Both the position numbers and the translations under genes were made by a program. A stretch of 11,320 bases of DNA, taken from the UHGV virus genome UHGV-0170512; one strand, given 5' to 3'. The DNA comes from a virus. Below are positions 6,737 to 11,320 of this stretch, one piece after another. Each line of letters starts with the position of its first letter. The stretch's first letter is position 1. Under the pieces are notes generated by a model, which saw only the letters and a list, made by a program, of their open reading frames with translations, was not told where the DNA came from and did no database searches.

Positions 6737-7456
6737 TTAACGAACTCTGACTACATTAATTTCAAAGTCATCAATCTGCCCGCTATTAAGTATAACGAAT
6801 GCAGAACTCCCATTACTGTACGATTTCGATAAAACCAGACGATCATCATAGCGTGCAAGAACGTAATACCAAGTATTCTCATAGTGGATCGTCTGATATT
6901 CCCTCTTAAACTGGGGTTTATACCAACCGGCAATAAGAGAGAATGTCCAGAAATAAATCATGAATCCAGCCATAATAAACTCAATTCGGTGATGGCGAAT
7001 AAAAGACACTTCCGAAAAACATTTGACTGAAATAAGTCTTCTTCCTGACCTGACAAAAAGCGTAATTGTAAAGGCAGCAATAACACAAAAAAACAGCACA
7101 TCTGGCTCAACGTGCTGATGAATTACCGAAAACTCCAGAACAGGCGGAATAAAAAGCAGCAATATTGCCAGAAAAAGTCTGATAAAACTCAAATTCTGTA
7201 TATTGTTTTTTTGTTTTATGCCTAAAAAGAAAACAATACCTACTCCCCATCCAGTAAGGAATATAACGATAACGCTCACAGCATAAAACAAACTTCGGGC
7301 CACATCATCAACGCCAACCCCGACGATCCACCATGGAAAGCCATAGTAAAAGGAAGTCCCCCATCCATAGAAATAAGCGCTTCCCCATCCAAGACAGCCC
7401 ATATAAGCAATAAAAAGTGAAGAGTTCCTCAGCAGAGTGCTGTCATCCATACCCAT
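6737..7456 (-). CDS. Uncharacterised polytopic membrane protein (about 5 predicted TM helices plus ~60-aa C-terminal soluble tail)
   Basis: 239-aa ORF, first gene after the tR'-like terminator. Successive hydrophobic, aromatic-rich segments (FIAYMGCLGWGSAYFYGWG..., LFYAVSVIVIFLTGWGVGIVFFLGI, FIRLFLAILLLFIPPVLEF, VLFFCVIAAFTITLFV, IMAGFMIYFWTFSLIAGWY). Visibly AT-rich. Likely start is the second ATG (7450), with GAGAG 6 nt upstream. Confidence 0.6.
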   Translation of the reverse strand: MGMDDSTLLRNSSLFIAYMGCLGWGSAYFYGWGTSFYYGFPWWIVGVGVDDVARSLFYAVSVIVIFLTGWGVGIVFFLGIKQKNNIQNLSFIRLFLAILLLFIPPVLEFSVIHQHVEPDVLFFCVIAAFTITLFVRSGRRLISVKCFSEVSFIRHHRIEFIMAGFMIYFWTFSLIAGWYKPQFKREYQTIHYENTWYYVLARYDDRLVLSKSYSNGSSAFVILNSGQIDDFEINVVRVR

Positions 7457-7591
7457 CTCTCTAACAATTTTAAAACATCAACTCATCTTACATAACAAAG
7501 GAGATTCCATGCAGTCAAGAGACTTCAGAGCAGGAGAAACTCATTGCGCAATCGCCATCACGTTTAACGTTATGCACCGCTTTCCAGATAT

Positions 7592-7616
7592 AAAAAACCC
7601 GCTCGATGGCGGGCTG
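7592..7616 (-). terminator. tR'-like Rho-independent terminator downstream of Q
   Basis: Minus strand AGCCCGC-CATCGA-GCGGG followed by TTTTTTATATC; about 80-100 nt downstream of the Q stop, as expected for the short pR' transcript of lambdoid phages. Confidence 0.55.
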
Positions 7617-7662
7617 TAAAAATCCTTCTAACGTCAGGCATAAAACGCCCATCGTTAGAGCA

Positions 7663-7690
7663 AATTTACCACAGATTCGGGAAAAATCAA
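7663..7690 (-). promoter_or_regulatory. Candidate late promoter pR' (with presumed qut region)
   Basis: Minus strand TTGATT-16 nt-TAAATT with TGG immediately upstream of the -10 (extended -10-like), directly after the Q stop codon (7696). Confidence 0.35.
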
Positions 7691-7695
7691 CAACA

Positions 7696-8517
7696 CTATC
7701 GCGTTACCCTCTTTAACTGCCGCTCCGCCCATGCCTCTTCAATGTCAAACCGAACCACCAACGTATCGTAAAAGCGTTTCACTGATTTTTTCCACGTATC
7801 AAGCGTGATAGCACTCGTCACTTTGCGTATGGCATTAAATGCCTCCGTTGATGGTAGTCTTTCATAGCCCCGACCGCCACAACGCTGGCAGTTCCTGATT
7901 ACAGGCATACCCCGTTTTTCCGACTCTTCACGATGAATGGCAACACCACGCCCACGGCAGTCTTTACAGGCAGTGGAAATCTCCCCCTTCCCTTTACATT
8001 CAGGACAAGAAACTTTCACCACCTCCCGGATTTTTTTCCATTCTTCCCAGTAAGACGGATACACACCTTTCGTACACTTTGCCCATACCGGCGGCTTACC
8101 ATCCGGATACTGGACCTTGTTTGTAAAAACTACGCTTTCAATAAATTTTTCCCCATAGCAACAAGGGCACTGCTTTTTACTCGCTGCGCTGCGGGCATAA
8201 TCCTCAAAAGCGTACGAAGCCATAATGCGCATCACTACCGGTTTTATTTCTGCCGGAAGTTTTCTTAACGCCGCCACGCGATCGCACTGACTTAATGCAT
8301 AATCTGCCAGTAATTCTGTTGCCCGCGCCCTGTCATTCATACTAATACCCATTTTCCCCAGGAACGCAGAAAATCCCATCTCAGCCCGGTTTTGTGTCAT
8401 ACCCTGCGCAGCCATCACATCAGTGATGCTCAGCGCATCTTTTGACGTCGAGACGGATGCATCAGTCAGGCCTGGCGATTTTGGGGAATAGTATTTCGGT
8501 AAATCTTCCAGTCTCAT
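7696..8517 (-). CDS. Q-like late antiterminator (QuuQ-type, zinc-finger Cys pairs)
   Basis: 273-aa ORF with several CxxC pairs (CPCC, CPEC, CKDC, CQRC); positioned after rusA and before a promoter-terminator pair and the lysis genes, the canonical Q position. ATG overlaps the rusA stop (ATGA). Confidence 0.6.
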   Translation of the reverse strand: MRLEDLPKYYSPKSPGLTDASVSTSKDALSITDVMAAQGMTQNRAEMGFSAFLGKMGISMNDRARATELLADYALSQCDRVAALRKLPAEIKPVVMRIMASYAFEDYARSAASKKQCPCCYGEKFIESVVFTNKVQYPDGKPPVWAKCTKGVYPSYWEEWKKIREVVKVSCPECKGKGEISTACKDCRGRGVAIHREESEKRGMPVIRNCQRCGGRGYERLPSTEAFNAIRKVTSAITLDTWKKSVKRFYDTLVVRFDIEEAWAERQLKRVTR

Positions 8518-8888
8518 TTTTGGACCTGCCCGTCATGCATTATTTCGTAAATCTTCACGCCCAACCGACCACCAGGAACGAGCTGACCGCGCACAATATT
8601 GATTTCATCAAACTGCTCGTCGTCTATAAGTAGTCCGGCATGCGTCAGCGCATCCAGTGGTGCTTTCAGGATATTGTCCAGGTCACGACGGCGCTTATCC
8701 GGTGGCTCTGCAATCACCTTTATCGCCAGCCTTCCGGACAGGCTTAATTTCAGCTGCTGCTGGCGAACAATAAGCGCCACAGCCCGGCGATAACGCTTTC
8801 CCTCCTCCGAGATAAAATATGTGCTGCCACGGCGTCGCCAGTAAGTGTTCACCGTCGGCGGGTAAGGTAAAACCAAATCTATGAGCAT
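8514..8888 (-). CDS. rusA: RusA Holliday-junction resolvase
   Basis: 124 aa; PPTVNTYWRR... and DKRRRDLDNILKAPLDALTHAGLLIDDEQ parallel E. coli RusA (PPSNNRYYRH..., [30 protein letters not shown]). Strong SD (AGAGGTGA) upstream. Confidence 0.85.
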   Translation of the reverse strand: MLIDLVLPYPPTVNTYWRRRGSTYFISEEGKRYRRAVALIVRQQQLKLSLSGRLAIKVIAEPPDKRRRDLDNILKAPLDALTHAGLLIDDEQFDEINIVRGQLVPGGRLGVKIYEIMHDGQVQK

Positions 8889-8900
8889 CAGTCACCTCTT

Positions 8901-9950
8901 TTACCCAAGCACGCCGGTTGCAAAGGCGTGATCAAGAAAACGAAAAATTAAATCAACCTGAGAACCATGCTTTTCTTCGAACGCCAGCGGATCCGCATGA
9001 AGCTCGTTGTGATGCTCCCGACACAGCGGTAGCGTGAAAATATCGTGGGCCTTTGTTCCCATCCCTCCCTGACCGTGACCAATCAGGTGATGGGGATCGT
9101 CGGCTGGCTGACCACAACACGCACACGGCTGTGTCTTCACCCAGCGCGTATATTTCTCATTTACCCAACGGCGACGTTTAGGTCGCCTCATGAAAGATTC
9201 CGGAGAGTCCGGATCAACGGCAATGCTGACCACCGCCTTTTCCAGTGGTGGGTTCTGTTGCTGGTGGGCGTGAAGCAGCGGCGTAAGATTTTTTGTGCGC
9301 TGTTTCAGTATGCTGGTGGCGGTCTGCTCTCCCGGTACGATGTCGCTTTCGCGGTACACCGCGCGGATTTTTTCCGCACGTAACCCCAGAGAACGACGTA
9401 ATACTGCCTCCGGAAGCGCGTCCGCCACTTGATTGCAGACCGCCCACCAGGATAATTCAGCCAGCGATAACTCCCGCTCCTGCGTGCCATTCATTGCATG
9501 GCGTATGACGTCAATCATCCATGCTGCCAGGTTTTGTTGAGCAAGTTGCTCAAGTGATTCGGATGTCTGGTCACGCAGCTGGTTATCGCAGTGCCAGCAC
9601 AACACCATCGCGCCGGTGCCGTAACGATGTATGACGGTTTCACTGTGATGATAGTCACCATGAGGCCACTGGCAGGATTTGACATGACGCAACAGCCAGT
9701 CAGACAGTGCACCAGCGCCGCCAGCAGCACGAATCACACGCTCATTGCTGAAAAACCGCAGTAATGATTTATCCTCCGCCAGCGGCTGGCGAACGGCAGG
9801 GACGATGCCGGACGGCAGACCACGCATGCTTTTCGGTTCCGGCTCCACCAGCACTCGAGGGTTATGGAATACCTGCATGGATTCACGGCCTGGTTTAAGG
9901 ACCACCAGCCCAAGTTCCGGTACCGGAACAGGTCGAAGTAATACCCGCAC
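8901..9950 (-). CDS. DUF968 family protein (YdfU-like) with C-terminal Cys/His (HNH-like) motif
   Basis: 349-aa ORF, GTG start with strong SD GGAGGT 5 nt upstream. C-terminal CACCGQPADDPHHLIGHG...HDIFTLPLCREHHNELH. Same length and genomic context as YdfU of the K-12 Qin prophage as I recall. Confidence 0.65.
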   Translation of the reverse strand: MRVLLRPVPVPELGLVVLKPGRESMQVFHNPRVLVEPEPKSMRGLPSGIVPAVRQPLAEDKSLLRFFSNERVIRAAGGAGALSDWLLRHVKSCQWPHGDYHHSETVIHRYGTGAMVLCWHCDNQLRDQTSESLEQLAQQNLAAWMIDVIRHAMNGTQERELSLAELSWWAVCNQVADALPEAVLRRSLGLRAEKIRAVYRESDIVPGEQTATSILKQRTKNLTPLLHAHQQQNPPLEKAVVSIAVDPDSPESFMRRPKRRRWVNEKYTRWVKTQPCACCGQPADDPHHLIGHGQGGMGTKAHDIFTLPLCREHHNELHADPLAFEEKHGSQVDLIFRFLDHAFATGVLG

Positions 9951-9951
9951 G

Positions 9952-10230
9952 TTACCTCCAGATGCGTTGCTGGAATGTGCGGGACGGACGCGGTGGGCGT
10001 TCGGAGTAAGGCAATCTGACTGAGATTATCCAGTGACGGTAGTCGAGGCTAAGGGCTTTTTTAACCTCGTATCCGCGCCTGCGGTAACACTGAATTATCC
10101 ATTCAGCCTGCTCTTCAGTGCATGGAGGATGCTGGAACCAGTCTGATTTGAATGCGTGAAAACGCCGTCCGCACCTGCTGGCAAAGACGGCAGAATCATT
10201 AGAATTGTGTAATTTGGTATCGTGCGCCAT
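9952..10230 (-). CDS. Hypothetical protein, rem-like by position (between hok and the DUF968 gene)
   Basis: Track ORF 9952..10359 trimmed to the internal ATG at 10230 because a terminator hairpin (10301-10329) lies inside the longer ORF; 92 aa. Start and identity uncertain. Confidence 0.4.
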   Translation of the reverse strand: MAHDTKLHNSNDSAVFASRCGRRFHAFKSDWFQHPPCTEEQAEWIIQCYRRRGYEVKKALSLDYRHWIISVRLPYSERPPRPSRTFQQRIWR

Positions 10231-10300
10231 CGGTTGTCTCTGCTGGCGCAGCAGGTGCCAGTTGTTCAGGCTGGCGTGCGAATTGTAAACCAGAATGCCA

Positions 10301-10329
10301 GGAAAAAACAAAACCCGCCGAAGCGGGTT
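10301..10329 (-). terminator. Rho-independent terminator downstream of hok
   Basis: Minus strand AACCCGC-TTCG-GCGGGTT followed by TTGTTTTTTCC; about 70 nt after the hok stop. Confidence 0.55.
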
Positions 10330-10397
10330 AAGTGCGGGTGCGTTGAGGATGCCTGACACATCAGAGGTGGCGAGGGATTTCTCCCCCGCCTGGTCTC

Positions 10398-10553
10398 TTA
10401 CTCCTCAGGTTCGTAAGCTGTGAAGACAGCGACCTCCGTCTGGCCGGTTCGGATTCGTACCTCGCAGAGGTCTTTCCTCGTTACCAGTGCCGTCACTATG
10501 ACGGTTAAACAGATGACGATCAGGGCGATTAACATCGCCTTTTGCTGCTTCAT
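10398..10553 (-). CDS. hok: Hok-family type I toxin (HokD/RelF-like), 51 aa
   Basis: Hand-translated, below the ORF-track size cutoff: MKQQKAMLIALIVICLTVIVTALVTRKDLCEVRIRTGQTEVAVFTAYEPEE. Single TM segment and Hok/Gef signature; SD AGGAGAAG 6 nt upstream of the ATG. Confidence 0.85.
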   Translation of the reverse strand: MKQQKAMLIALIVICLTVIVTALVTRKDLCEVRIRTGQTEVAVFTAYEPEE

Positions 10554-10789
10554 AGCCTGCTTCTCCTTGACCTTTCGGTCCGTAAGAGGCTAATCTCTAT
10601 GTGTCGCATAGATATGGCCTCAGATTAATGTTAAGCGTCTTGCAGGACGCGTAATGTTAACTGGGGCTTTTCTCTATCTGCCTTTTGGTGTTCATGCCTG
10701 AGGCAGATAGCCTCAAGCACCCGCAGCAATTCTACTTAACTCACGTCACCTCGCCAATATGAAATCAATCAGAAAGGTGATCCATAAAA

Positions 10790-11320
10790 TCACTCCTTCT
10801 CTTCTTTTCCGTAGTGGAGTTGGCCAATTTTGATAAGAGGGCGCCCCTGAGATTTGCGGTGTAGATTGGTATCGCGCAGAGAATACACACAGCCACAATA
10901 TTCCTGCTGATAGAATTTTTCGCGCTTGCTGATTTCAATCATACGGGACGAGCCGCCCTGCTTGCGCCAGTTATAATCCCAGTACACCATACCCGGATAA
11001 TGCGCAACAGCTCGCCGCCCACACTCGTTAACCTGCTGCATATTTTTCCAGCGTGAAATGCCCAGTGAACTGCTGATCACACTGAAACCATTTTCAGCAG
11101 CGTACAACGCTGTCCGCTCAAAACGCATGTCAAAACACATGGTACAACGGATCCCCCTCTCAGGCTCCCATTCCATTCCTTTGGCACGTTCAAACCAGTT
11201 GTCGGTGTCGTAATCAGCATCGATAAACGGCACGCCGTGTTGTTCAGCAAAGCGAATATTTTCATCCTTACGAATTAAATACTCTTTCTGAGGATGAATG
11301 TTCGGGTTGTAGAAAAAGAT
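10790..11320 (-). CDS. Cys-motif protein, tentatively QueH/DUF208-like (epoxyqueuosine reductase family); 5' end beyond window
   Basis: Track ORF 10790..11233 (GTG) continues stop-free in frame to the window edge (..[42 protein letters not shown]..). Motifs FYNPNIHP, C-x2-C (CTMC) and YCGCVYS match my recollection of DUF208/QueH; the family call is not verified. Confidence 0.5.
   Translation of the reverse strand: MFFYNPNIHPQKEYLIRKDENIRFAEQHGVPFIDADYDTDNWFERAKGMEWEPERGIRCTMCFDMRFERTALYAAENGFSVISSSLGISRWKNMQQVNECGRRAVAHYPGMVYWDYNWRKQGGSSRMIEISKREKFYQQEYCGCVYSLRDTNLHRKSQGRPLIKIGQLHYGKEEKE

Noticed and set aside
7933-9730. Multiple ORFs inside or antisense to Q and the DUF968 gene (7933..8268, 8442..8633, 8599..8793, 8695..8895, 9045..9383, 9214..9447, 9293..9508, 9305..9490, 9515..9730, 9745..10023)
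   Set aside because: All are nested within or antisense to longer, motif-supported CDSs in GC-rich sequence; no independent support.
10231-10359. Long form of the rem-like ORF (9952..10359)
   Set aside because: A strong terminator hairpin with U-tract (10301-10329) lies inside the 5' extension, so the shorter internal start at 10230 is preferred.
1-11320. CRISPR arrays, IS elements/transposases, integrase or attachment sites
   Set aside because: No spaced direct-repeat arrays, no terminal inverted repeats flanking a transposase-like ORF, and no integrase-like ORF are visible; the window lies wholly inside the prophage.

Overview
This window is the nin-to-packaging segment of a lambdoid enterobacterial prophage (Stx-phage-like or Qin-like), with almost every gene on the minus strand. 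In transcription order (high to low coordinates) it runs: 3' part of a Cys-motif protein gene (possibly QueH/DUF208-like), a hok-family type I toxin, a rem-like ORF, a DUF968 (YdfU-like) protein, RusA resolvase, a Q-like antiterminator, a pR'-like promoter and tR'-like terminator, an uncharacterised 239-aa polytopic membrane protein, three tRNAs (Ile/Met-CAU, Arg-UCG, Arg-UCU), an AT-rich cargo locus at the position where Stx phages carry stxAB (no stx here), an apparently frameshifted DUF1737-like gene, a lysis cassette (S21-like pinholin, YdfR-like ORF, SAR endolysin, Rz with embedded Rz1), a lambda-like cosN sequence, rha, a ~600 bp repeat-bearing noncoding spacer, the terminase small subunit and the N-terminal part of the terminase large subunit. 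The best candidates for undescribed biology are the cargo between tR' and the lysis genes (membrane protein, convergent AT-rich ORF, hairpin-rich GC segment) and the hok/Cys-motif-protein module. All family assignments rest on reading the translations and recalled family signatures; no database search was run.
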